The translations under genes and the position numbers were made by a program. The notes below the pieces were generated by a model that did no database searches, was not told where the DNA came from, and saw only the letters and a program-made list of their open reading frames with translations. Shown in pieces: positions 47,031 to 56,182 of a DNA stretch of 64,000 bases (position 1 is its first letter; every line of letters begins with the position of its first letter). Source of the DNA: an uncultured Fulvivirga sp. (GTDB lineage Bacteria > Bacteroidota > Bacteroidia > Cytophagales > Cyclobacteriaceae); NCBI GenBank assembly GCA_947500555.1, contig CANMSE010000006.1:66388-130387 (forward strand), written 5' to 3'.

Positions 47031-49447
47031 TATTCATTTCTTAGGTTATTAACAGGATTTTGAATGGCGGCACCCACTGTTTTAATACTAATGGTTCCAA
47101 GGGCAATAATCAGTACCAATATGACTCCCAGTAAATAAACAAAATACCCTAGCTCCACTTTGTAAGCAAAAGTTGACAACCATTCATCAACCAACTGAAA
47201 CACCAAAGGAATTGCAATCAAGTAGGAAATGAAGACCAACCTCAAATACGAATTAGATACAAGCCAAACAATGTTATTGACACTGGCACCTAACACTTTT
47301 CTAATGCTTATTTCCTTTTTCTTAGATTCCATACCTAAAGCAACCATCCCGAAAAGACCGAGGCATGAAAGCAGTACGGTTATTCCCATTGAATAAAAAA
47401 TAATGCTACTCCACTTTTCATCGGATTCATATTGAGCTTTCATTGTATTGCTAAGAAAATTATATTCAAAAGGTATTTCTTGAGCCACCTCATTCCATTG
47501 TTTTTCTATGTATGCTATCGCATCCTTTTTATTATATCCTGAGAGCTTTATAAAAATATAGTCTAGCGAAGAACTATTGGTTTTCTTCACCAGCATAGGA
47601 AAGATCTCCATTTTAAGAGATGAATAGTTAAAGTCTTCCATAACGCCTACAACCATAGGGTCAGTATCTGGAGATCTTGTCAATTCTGAAAACTTAGTAT
47701 TAGCTTCCAGTTCAAAGTCTTTAGCACAGGCTTCGTTAATTATGACAATGTTTTCATTAACCCCTTCTATAAACTGACGCCCTTGTGATAATCCGATACC
47801 CATAGTTTTCAGATAATTATCAGTCACATTAATAACACCTACTCTCTTACTCTCACCTTTGTAAGTAAAACCACGGCCTCCAAGCCCAGAAGGGTCTGCA
47901 AAATTTTGATTCGCAGAAGTAATGGAGTAAATACCACTATGGCTTTCTAAAGATTTCCTTAGATGATTGAATATAGTGGTGTTACTTAATTCAGCATTTC
48001 TTAAAACCAAAACATCTTTGGAATCAAACCCTAAGTCCTTATTCAGTAAAAAATCAGTCTGTTTGTTCATTACAAGCATTCCTATCATCAAGATAGTGGC
48101 TATTGTAAACTGAAAAGTGATAAGCGCTTTGGATAGCAGACCTCCACTCTTATGTTTGGCACCAGATAATATCTCTTTTATATTAAACCTAGAAACAACA
48201 AATGCAGGATAAATACCTGAAGCAACTCCAATAAAAAGAGTGATTGAAACTAGAATGAGCATTGATTGAAGAGAAAACAACGTTGCGTTATCAATAGACT
48301 TTCCGGTCAAATAATTGAATTGTGGCAACAAAAGATCAGCAAAAAGTAATGAAGCCAATAGGGCCAGAAATGAAATGAAGATAGACTCTCCTAAAAATTG
48401 ACCAATCAGTTGGCCTCTTAGCGCCCCTATGGTCTTTCTTAGTCCAACTTCCTTTACCCTATGAATAGAACGGGAAAGGCTTAAATTCATGAAATTAAAG
48501 CAAGCTACGCCCAATATCGCTATCACCAATACTATTAATACATAAGAATAGGTAGGATCACTAGATGGTACTATTCCCTCGAAAACATCTGTATTAAAGT
48601 GAACTTCCGAAAGAGGTTCAAATCGTAAATTTCGATAATCCGAAGCCTTCTTATACCCGCGCTCTTGAGCTACTTCTTTATAGTAAGGATATTTATCATC
48701 GAGTATTTTAGCTAAAGAAGGGTTAAGCCTTTCAGGTAAAGATCCGTCTCTCAACTTCACATAGGTGATTATGGCACCATACCCCCAATTAGTAACCCAT
48801 TGCTTTAACTCTCCAACTTCTGTTAAGTATCTTAAGGGTAGTAGGACATCAAATTGTATACTTGAGTTTGAAGGGATATTTTTAATAACCGCAGAAACAT
48901 TAAAGTCAACAAAAGATTCATTAATTCTTACAGATAAGACTTTATTGATTGGGTTTTCACCTCCGAAGTATTTGGCTGCAGCTCGCTCTGTTAGGATCAC
49001 AGTATTTATACCTGATTTATCAACAGCTCCCTGATAAACTGGAAAATCGAATATCTCAAATAATTCAAAATCAGCGTACAATACATCATTGTAAATACTT
49101 TTCTCTTCACCTTTCTTAATATAGTGCCCTACCTCACCATGAGGTCTATAAAACCTGGCATAGTTCTCGACCTCAGGGATTTCTTCTTTCAATGACTCTC
49201 CCATAGGAATAGCATGAAATATCCCTTGCCATTGTAAACTGCCATCGGGCATATGGGTATCTTGTACTAAGCGATAGATAGAGTCTTTCTTATCATTAAA
49301 TTTATCATAACTAAGCTCATCCTGAACATACAGATAGAGTAGTATTGAGCAAGTGAGACCAACAGTGATACTAAGTACATTTATAACAGAAAAGAGCTTA
49401 TGCTTTAGTAAGTTTCTTATCGCAATTTTTAAATAGTTTTTGACCAT
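47030..49447 (-). CDS. MacB/FtsX-type ABC transporter permease (no prefix domain)
   Basis: 805 aa. MVKNYLKIAIRNLLKHKLFSV start typical of the family, with two FtsX modules. Its TAA overlaps the next ATG by 1 nt (TAATG). Confidence 0.85.
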   Translation of the reverse strand: MVKNYLKIAIRNLLKHKLFSVINVLSITVGLTCSILLYLYVQDELSYDKFNDKKDSIYRLVQDTHMPDGSLQWQGIFHAIPMGESLKEEIPEVENYARFYRPHGEVGHYIKKGEEKSIYNDVLYADFELFEIFDFPVYQGAVDKSGINTVILTERAAAKYFGGENPINKVLSVRINESFVDFNVSAVIKNIPSNSSIQFDVLLPLRYLTEVGELKQWVTNWGYGAIITYVKLRDGSLPERLNPSLAKILDDKYPYYKEVAQERGYKKASDYRNLRFEPLSEVHFNTDVFEGIVPSSDPTYSYVLIVLVIAILGVACFNFMNLSLSRSIHRVKEVGLRKTIGALRGQLIGQFLGESIFISFLALLASLLFADLLLPQFNYLTGKSIDNATLFSLQSMLILVSITLFIGVASGIYPAFVVSRFNIKEILSGAKHKSGGLLSKALITFQFTIATILMIGMLVMNKQTDFLLNKDLGFDSKDVLVLRNAELSNTTIFNHLRKSLESHSGIYSITSANQNFADPSGLGGRGFTYKGESKRVGVINVTDNYLKTMGIGLSQGRQFIEGVNENIVIINEACAKDFELEANTKFSELTRSPDTDPMVVGVMEDFNYSSLKMEIFPMLVKKTNSSSLDYIFIKLSGYNKKDAIAYIEKQWNEVAQEIPFEYNFLSNTMKAQYESDEKWSSIIFYSMGITVLLSCLGLFGMVALGMESKKKEISIRKVLGASVNNIVWLVSNSYLRLVFISYLIAIPLVFQLVDEWLSTFAYKVELGYFVYLLGVILVLIIALGTISIKTVGAAIQNPVNNLRNE

Positions 49448-49572
49448 AGTGTTGTTGTTTTCAATTCACCTTCAACTTAAATACCATTTTTATTAAAACC
49501 CTAAAAATCAACAAGTTAGATAATAAATTATCAATATAGAAGTAAGCTACTGCCCACTCATAAAACACTTAA

Positions 49573-49590
49573 ATGCCCATTAATGGACAT
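49573..49590. promoter_or_regulatory. 18-bp near-perfect palindrome in the divergent regulatory region (candidate enhancer-binding site)
   Basis: atgcccatt|aatggacat: 8 of 9 arm positions complementary. Confidence 0.3.
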
Positions 49591-49641
49591 ATTTAGCTGC
49601 AGTTATTGTCTTAATACTAAATTTGTATACCATAGGTTTTT

Positions 49642-51015
49642 ATGTCTAAAAGAGAAGGAAATATATTAATTGTTGATGATGATGACCTCATTCTTCTTTC
49701 TGCACAGCTGTTGCTTGAGCAGCACTTTACTTCTGTAAAAAAAATTAATAACCCATCACAAATTGAAGAAGCCTTTAAAGAACATCATTTTGATGTGGTT
49801 TTATTGGACATGAACTTCAAGCAAGGCGAAACCTCAGGCAAAGAGGGATTAAAGTGGCTCATCAAAATAATTGAAATCAGCCCGGAGACCAGCGTTTTAT
49901 TAATGACAGCATATGGAGAAGTGGATATAGCAGTAGAGGCCATGAAACAGGGTGCCGTAGACTTTATAGTTAAACCCTGGCAAAATGAGAAGCTTGTTAG
50001 TACGGTAAATAATGCTTTGGCCTTAACAAAACAGGGAAGAAAGCTTAAGCAGCTTGAGGTACGTGAGAAAGCACTAAGCTCTACTCTTGAATACAAGTAC
50101 AAGGATATGATTGGTACATCTTCTCAGGTGAAAGAGGTACAACATATGATATCTAAAGTAGCTCCTACCGATGCCAACATCCTAATACTTGGTGAGAATG
50201 GAACAGGTAAAGAAGTCACCGCCAGGGCAATACATAAAAATTCTAAGCGAGCCACTGAAGTATTCATTAGCGTAGACCTGGGAAGTATCCCTGAAAGCCT
50301 ATTTGAAAGTGAGTTATTCGGTCATAAGAAAGGGGCATTTACTGATGCAAAAGAAGATCGAATTGGTTGCTTTGAAGCTGCCTCTGGCGGCACTATTTTT
50401 TTAGATGAGATTGGCAATTTACCACTACATCTTCAAACAAAATTATTGACAGTTCTACAGCGCAGACAGATAACTAAGATAGGCACCAACAGTACTCAGA
50501 ATATAGATGTACGAGTAATCTGTGCTACCAATATGAACCTGAAGGAGGCTGTAGATAAGCGACAGTTTCGTGAAGACTTGTTTTATAGAATAAATACTGT
50601 TGAAATAATATTACCTCCGCTCAGGGATCGATTATCAGATATTCCGAAACTGGTAGCGCATTTCCTTTCAAGGTATGAAAGGAAGTATCAGAAAGGGCCT
50701 TTTGAAATTAAAAAGGAAGTTTACAAGCAGTTGGAAAAACATAACTGGCCTGGAAATATTAGAGAGCTTGAACATGCTGTAGAAAGGGCTGCCATCCTAT
50801 CAGAAAGTAATGACCTAAAAAAAGAAGATTTCAATTTTTTAAATCATCAGGATGATAAAGCGGTAGATTTCGACTCATTCAATCTTGAAAACATTGAAGC
50901 ATGGGCGGTCAAAAAGGCGATTAAAAAGCATGCTGGAAATATCAGCAAAGCAGCAAAAGAGCTCGGGCTTTCACGGGGCGCTATGTATCGTAGGATGGAA
51001 AAATACGGACTATGA
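49642..51015 (+). CDS. Sigma-54-dependent response regulator (NtrC family)
   Basis: Receiver (ILIVDDDD...VVLLDMNF), AAA+ (GENGTGKE, ESELFGHKKGAFTDA) and Fis-type HTH (AAKELGLSRGAMYRRMEKYGL). Confidence 0.9.
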   Translation: MSKREGNILIVDDDDLILLSAQLLLEQHFTSVKKINNPSQIEEAFKEHHFDVVLLDMNFKQGETSGKEGLKWLIKIIEISPETSVLLMTAYGEVDIAVEAMKQGAVDFIVKPWQNEKLVSTVNNALALTKQGRKLKQLEVREKALSSTLEYKYKDMIGTSSQVKEVQHMISKVAPTDANILILGENGTGKEVTARAIHKNSKRATEVFISVDLGSIPESLFESELFGHKKGAFTDAKEDRIGCFEAASGGTIFLDEIGNLPLHLQTKLLTVLQRRQITKIGTNSTQNIDVRVICATNMNLKEAVDKRQFREDLFYRINTVEIILPPLRDRLSDIPKLVAHFLSRYERKYQKGPFEIKKEVYKQLEKHNWPGNIRELEHAVERAAILSESNDLKKEDFNFLNHQDDKAVDFDSFNLENIEAWAVKKAIKKHAGNISKAAKELGLSRGAMYRRMEKYGL

Positions 51016-52325
51016 TTAAGAACTTCCGTCTTAACATTCTCATTAGGCTTCTGGTCATTACGGTGTTGATAACGTTGTTGATCTATTTTCTTTTGGTAGA
51101 AATACGCTACTTAAGGTCTATTTATCTAGCTGTCTTTCTGGCATTAGCTATTGGTGAGTTAGTGTGGTATGTCGATCGTACCAATCGTGATTTTACCACT
51201 TTTTTGTTATCACTTTTACAGGATGATTTTACCACCACTTTTTCAGAAACAACTAAGGGGAAGTCTTTTAACCGGCTTTACTCCGCATTTAATAAAATCA
51301 CACAGAAGTTCGAACAAATAAGCTCTGCTAAAGAAGTGCAGCATCTCTACCTGGAAGCGTTGGTAGATCACATTCGTGTAGGAATAATAAGCTTTGATAA
51401 GAAAGGAAAAATTCATTTGATGAACCAGGCTTTCCAAAAAATGTTGGATTGTCCTTCTATGGCTTTCTTAAATAACCTCAATTTGTTAGATCCCAGATTA
51501 CCTGAAACATTTAAAGAGATAAAACCTAAAGAGAACAAACTTCTTAAAGTTCAGGTGAATAATGAATTGCTTCAGCTATCGATTCATGCATCAGAGTTCA
51601 TTTTGGATGATACCTACTACAAGCTTATCTCTGTACAAAACATTAAAAACGAATTAGACGCAAACGAGTTAGACGCCTGGCAGAAACTGATCAGGGTACA
51701 GACCCACGAAATAATGAATTCTGTTACACCAATAACTTCATTATCCGGCTCTCTACGGCAGTTAATATCCAATGAGGAAAGTGATACTAATACTATTGAC
51801 AAAGTAAGCGTAGGCTTAGAGGCTATCGAGTCACGAAGTAAAGGACTACAGAACTTCACCGATGCCTATCGTAAACTGACTAAAATACCCATTCCGAAAT
51901 TTTCGGAAGTGGACATGGCCAGTCAATTGGATAAAGTCCTACTACTGCTAAAAGAAGAGCTACAGTATATAAAGGTATCGCTAGAAGTTGAGGACGAACT
52001 TAAAATTATTGCAGATAAAGATTTGATGGACCAGGTGCTCATTAACTTAATAAAAAATGCTTCAGAAGCCCTTGAGAATAAACAAGATGCCTTTTTATCA
52101 ATAAAGGCCTGGCAACAAGGTGAAACATATATTGTATTTAATGACAACGGTTCTGGCATAGATTCTGATAAACTTGATCAGGTTTTTGTGCCCTTTTTCA
52201 CAACAAAAAAAGAAGGTTCGGGTATAGGGCTGGCGCTTTCGCGGCAAATTATTAGACTTCACAATGGCAACATCGACATCAAGTCATCAGTTGAGTATGG
52301 CACTACGGTAACCATTATGATTTGA
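51012..52325 (+). CDS. Membrane sensor histidine kinase
   Basis: Two N-terminal TM segments, H-box THEIMNSVTPITSLS, and ATPase N/G boxes (LINLIKNASEA, DNGSGI, GSGIGLALSRQI). 4-nt overlap with the regulator gene. Confidence 0.85.
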   Translation: MIKNFRLNILIRLLVITVLITLLIYFLLVEIRYLRSIYLAVFLALAIGELVWYVDRTNRDFTTFLLSLLQDDFTTTFSETTKGKSFNRLYSAFNKITQKFEQISSAKEVQHLYLEALVDHIRVGIISFDKKGKIHLMNQAFQKMLDCPSMAFLNNLNLLDPRLPETFKEIKPKENKLLKVQVNNELLQLSIHASEFILDDTYYKLISVQNIKNELDANELDAWQKLIRVQTHEIMNSVTPITSLSGSLRQLISNEESDTNTIDKVSVGLEAIESRSKGLQNFTDAYRKLTKIPIPKFSEVDMASQLDKVLLLLKEELQYIKVSLEVEDELKIIADKDLMDQVLINLIKNASEALENKQDAFLSIKAWQQGETYIVFNDNGSGIDSDKLDQVFVPFFTTKKEGSGIGLALSRQIIRLHNGNIDIKSSVEYGTTVTIMI

Positions 52326-52346
52326 AACCTCACAGCCGTAGATAAT

Positions 52347-52387
52347 GTCACATTGAGCTTGTCGAAATGTGACAAGCTCAATGTGAC
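52347..52387. terminator. 17-bp perfect hairpin between convergent genes (TTGAGCTTGTCGAAA repeat family)
   Basis: gtcacattgagcttgtc (52347-52363) pairs with gacaagctcaatgtgac (52371-52387), 7-nt loop. Shares a 15-nt core with the element at 10359. Confidence 0.6.
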
Positions 52388-52392
52388 AGTTC

Positions 52393-53343
52393 TTACTGAC
52401 TAATCCTGGCAACACCAGAGCCCGTACCTACCTTGATACTGACCTTGGTATTATCCATCTTCTTAGTTTTCTTAATGATGGTCTGATGGTAGTTGTCAAT
52501 CTCTTCAGATGTATCGAAATCAAACGGAGCTCTTATGTCGCCATTTCTCTTGTTAGCTTTCATGACGACCATTCCCTGAATGTCATTGCCATTATAATCC
52601 AGATTGGCATCGCCACTACCACTATTCACTGAAAGGTCGGCCTTCGGAGAAGAGGCTAATTCAATATCCACATCTCCTGATCCAGAATTAAAATCGCTAC
52701 TTGCATCAACTATCACATCACGGGCATCAATATCTCCACTACCTACATTGGCCGAAATAGCTCCCTGAACTCCACGTATTGATATCTCTCCACTACCACA
52801 ATTGATACTCAAGTCTCCTTTTGCTTGAGATATATTAATATCCCCGGAACCTGTATTAGCTCTTAGATCTCCATCAAATCCATCAAGTTCCATATCCCCA
52901 GAACCATTATTACTTACTAGCTCTCCACTCATGTTATCCACGATAATATCACCCGAACCAGCATTTAGATCGATTTCCAATTTCAGATCGCTTGCCATAA
53001 AATCTCCTGACCCTGTGTTATATTTTAAACGAATATTGTCAGGTATGGTCAATGTCCATTTAGGGCTACGGTCTCCACTCCAGCTCCAACCTGACCGGTT
53101 GTTCCTGGGTTCCTTAATACGCAATGCGTTACCTTCTTTCTCTATGGTGGGTTTGTAATCATCACCGTAGTAATGTATTACCTCAACGGTGATTTTATTA
53201 CCTGACGATTTCTTCACAATGCAATCCGCTGAGCCTGTACTCATTGTGATTCTGTCAATATCTGAAAATTCTCTAGTAATTTTGTCTTGGGCAATAAGCG
53301 CACCTGAAATGAAAAGTGCAGCTAATGTAATTTTGAGTTTCAT
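52393..53343 (-). CDS. DUF4097-like protein with GSGD repeats (putative adhesin / beta-helix)
   Basis: Signal peptide. At least eight GSG(D/E) motifs about 19-20 aa apart. Confidence 0.6.
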   Translation of the reverse strand: MKLKITLAALFISGALIAQDKITREFSDIDRITMSTGSADCIVKKSSGNKITVEVIHYYGDDYKPTIEKEGNALRIKEPRNNRSGWSWSGDRSPKWTLTIPDNIRLKYNTGSGDFMASDLKLEIDLNAGSGDIIVDNMSGELVSNNGSGDMELDGFDGDLRANTGSGDINISQAKGDLSINCGSGEISIRGVQGAISANVGSGDIDARDVIVDASSDFNSGSGDVDIELASSPKADLSVNSGSGDANLDYNGNDIQGMVVMKANKRNGDIRAPFDFDTSEEIDNYHQTIIKKTKKMDNTKVSIKVGTGSGVARISQ

Positions 53344-53520
53344 AATGTAGTTGTTTTAATTTCTGTAAAGACTAAAATATTGAATTATAGTTGCATGTTG
53401 GAACCTTGATCTTTGGTTTAATTGTTGATTAGATTCAATTGAATAAAAATATGTTACAAGTTGTAACGTATATTTACAGTCGACTCAATCAGACTAATCA
53501 CTTAGATTAAATTGACTAGT

Positions 53521-54021
53521 ATGAAATACTTGATTAGCACTTTTGCCTTTTTATTCCTTTTGGCCTGTAATGACGATGAAGAAGCATTACCCTATACTGG
53601 TAATGAAGTAAGCTTTGATTTAGAACAATCTTCTCAATTTCCTATTGAAGGAATAGTAACGATATTGGAGCGAAGAGATGCCAATGTGGAGATAAGAATA
53701 GAACTAACCGGAACAGATGGTGACATTCAACACCCAACCCACCTTCATTTCGGTGATGTATCTACTCCAGATGCAGAAATAGCTCAAGTGCTAACTCCTG
53801 TTGATGGACAGACGGGAGAAAGTATAACAATCTTCAGCACGCTCAATGATGAGTCGGCTATCACCTATACCGACCTGCTGACGTTTGATGGCCATATCAA
53901 AGTACACCAGGATGGTGGCCCAAATAAAAGCACCATTCTCGCCTCCGGAAATATAGGCAGCGCTTTCACTAAAAATGCTTCCAGCGGCCGACAGAAAGTG
54001 GCTGTTTGTAAGAGTGAATAA
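53521..54021 (+). CDS. Lipoprotein of unknown function (possibly CHRD-like)
   Basis: I prefer the ATG at 53521 (MKYLISTFAFLFLLAC lipobox). HPTHLHFGD and IKVHQDGG resemble CHRD-type motifs, but weakly. Confidence 0.45.
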   Translation: MKYLISTFAFLFLLACNDDEEALPYTGNEVSFDLEQSSQFPIEGIVTILERRDANVEIRIELTGTDGDIQHPTHLHFGDVSTPDAEIAQVLTPVDGQTGESITIFSTLNDESAITYTDLLTFDGHIKVHQDGGPNKSTILASGNIGSAFTKNASSGRQKVAVCKSE

Positions 54022-54026
54022 TTGAG

Positions 54027-54641
54027 TTAACTCAACTCTTCTTTATAACTTGATAAAGTCGATATATAAGGCCCAAAAGTCATTTTGTAGTAGCGCCTTA
54101 TCACTGCATAACTTATGACGGTAAGCAAAGCTGACCCTCCCACCTTTAGAGATAACTGCCGCGCCCCTTCCTCAATAAGGAAATAATCTAGTTCGACATA
54201 AAACACGCCAAACAGTAAAGGCAAAACCACCATCATAAAAAGCCAGTTATACTTTTGTAAGCTACTAAGCAGACTTGACACATATGCCTTTACAGACTGG
54301 GAATTAAATTTTCTATTAACAAGTCTGTATTCAAGAAAACCAAATACAAACAGCACAAAGAATATCGTAAATGCTAATAGCTGGATCGGAATAATCTTTG
54401 AAACATCTATCCATGGATGCTGAATGGGGTCAAAGACATAATAGAAAAAGATGATCCCAAATACACTTACAAATAGTGCTATGGACATAATAAAAATCTC
54501 CTTGAATAGTTTCCGGTTTATTTCAGCTACAATCTCTGATGTTCCATTATTAATGATTTTCTTAATACCATCTTCGGTAGGTGATGCCAAACCTTCTTGA
54601 TGCAAATTTTCCCAGGTTTCTTTTAGCTGATCAATATTCAT
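54027..54641 (-). CDS. Membrane protein partner of the ECF sigma factor (LKxxW N-terminus)
   Basis: 4-nt overlap with the sigma gene. MNIDQLKETWE, then several TM segments. Confidence 0.6.
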   Translation of the reverse strand: MNIDQLKETWENLHQEGLASPTEDGIKKIINNGTSEIVAEINRKLFKEIFIMSIALFVSVFGIIFFYYVFDPIQHPWIDVSKIIPIQLLAFTIFFVLFVFGFLEYRLVNRKFNSQSVKAYVSSLLSSLQKYNWLFMMVVLPLLFGVFYVELDYFLIEEGARQLSLKVGGSALLTVISYAVIRRYYKMTFGPYISTLSSYKEELS

Positions 54642-55117
54642 AACTCCTCCATGTTTAGTTTTTCTCGTAGTTTCCCCTTTATCCGATTAATTTTAAAACC
54701 GACATTGGATTCACTAAGGCCTAGTATTTCTCCAATGTCTTTATATTTAACTCCATCCATATAAAGTATGATAATGGCCCTCTCAATTTTATTTAGAGTA
54801 TCTATAGCTAAATAAAGTAAACGAACATTTTCGTCATCCTCAGAATTGAAGTCAGACTGTATTTGTTCGGAAATTGGCTCTTTTATTAGTCCATTCTTAT
54901 GCTTTCTATATCTGGATACTGCCGTATTAAATGCAACGCGATACATCCAAGTCGTTATTTTCGACCTTCCACCAAAATTTGGAAATGCCTTCCATAATTG
55001 AATTAGGATATCCTGAAATAGGTCCTTGCGATCCTCCTCTTCCCTACAGTAAATATTACAGACTTTAATGAGAATTCTCTCATTTACCTTTACTAAGCTT
55101 ATGAATTCTTTTTCCAA
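54638..55117 (-). CDS. ECF-type sigma-70 family factor
   Basis: Region 2 (RKDLFQDILIQLWKA...TTWMYRVAFN) and region 4 (KYKDIGEILGLSESNVGFKINR). Confidence 0.9.
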   Translation of the reverse strand: MEKEFISLVKVNERILIKVCNIYCREEEDRKDLFQDILIQLWKAFPNFGGRSKITTWMYRVAFNTAVSRYRKHKNGLIKEPISEQIQSDFNSEDDENVRLLYLAIDTLNKIERAIIILYMDGVKYKDIGEILGLSESNVGFKINRIKGKLREKLNMEEL

Positions 55118-55294
55118 AACAGCATACTTTAACCTCTCATCAACTCATTAGTCGACAAGTTCGGAAAATCCTTAGAGTAAATCCGAAAAAAACTGTTCAC
55201 AAGTATACGGCTCAACTGATCTAATATATTATTTGATACAAATATGTAAATCCACTAGATTGTATTATTTATAAGGCCATAAATGATTAATTAA

Positions 55295-55684
55295 ATGAAA
55301 AAATTAGCACCACAGTGGATAGTCGATAGTATTGATGAGACCATTACTTTTTATACTGAAAAATTGGGATTTACTGTAGATTGGGCCGGAGATCTGTTTG
55401 CCATAATCAGTAAAGGAAATGCCACCATCATGATTAGGCAGCTTAAAATGGGTGATCTAAAAAGGCCAAATAGAATTCCTTTTATTAAATCAGGTTGGCA
55501 CACAAACGGTGCTGAAGCATGGGACGCATACGTTTGGGTAAATGATACTGATAAACTTTACTCCTCAATAAAAACTAAAAATGTGAAGATCATTAAGGAA
55601 ATACAGGATTCAGAGTATGGAAATCGTGATTTTGAGATTGTGGACAATAACGGGTATATACTTTGTTTTGGTCATACAATTTAA
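55295..55684 (+). CDS. VOC (glyoxalase/bleomycin-resistance) family protein
   Basis: About 130 aa. FYTEKLGFTV...DNNGYILCFGH pattern. Confidence 0.7.
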   Translation: MKKLAPQWIVDSIDETITFYTEKLGFTVDWAGDLFAIISKGNATIMIRQLKMGDLKRPNRIPFIKSGWHTNGAEAWDAYVWVNDTDKLYSSIKTKNVKIIKEIQDSEYGNRDFEIVDNNGYILCFGHTI

Positions 55685-55760
55685 AGGCGACTTTGTCTTA
55701 GTTGTTATAATTTTATAGTTTCCGATAATTAACAATACTACTCATAAAACCAATCTCAAT

Positions 55761-56135
55761 ATGAAACTAGGAGCTTTTTCAGTAAGTCTCAGTGTTAAAG
55801 ATATTCATGCATCCAAAGCATTTTATGAAAAACTGGGTTTCAGTGTCTTTGCCGGTGACCTGGAGCGAAACTACCTTATCATGAAAAATGGCAACTCATT
55901 AATAGGCCTTTTCCAAGGCATGTTTGAAAACAATATCCTGACTTTTAATCCTGGCTGGGACGAAAATGCAAATCAATTAGACTCTTTTGATGATGTAAGA
56001 GACATTCAAAAAACATTAAAAAGTGAGGGTATAGAATTAAAGCGCGAAGTGGAAGAAGGAAGTACCTCAGGACCCGCAAGCATTACTATGCTTGACCCCG
56101 ATGGTAATGCGATTCTTATTGATCAGCATGTGTAG
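55761..56135 (+). CDS. VOC (glyoxalase) family protein
   Basis: [16 protein letters not shown]...[14 protein letters not shown]. Confidence 0.8.
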   Translation: MKLGAFSVSLSVKDIHASKAFYEKLGFSVFAGDLERNYLIMKNGNSLIGLFQGMFENNILTFNPGWDENANQLDSFDDVRDIQKTLKSEGIELKREVEEGSTSGPASITMLDPDGNAILIDQHV

Positions 56136-56182
56136 ATCATTCAGTTGAAACTAAAAGCAGCACATTGCAGTAAGTAAGTGGT

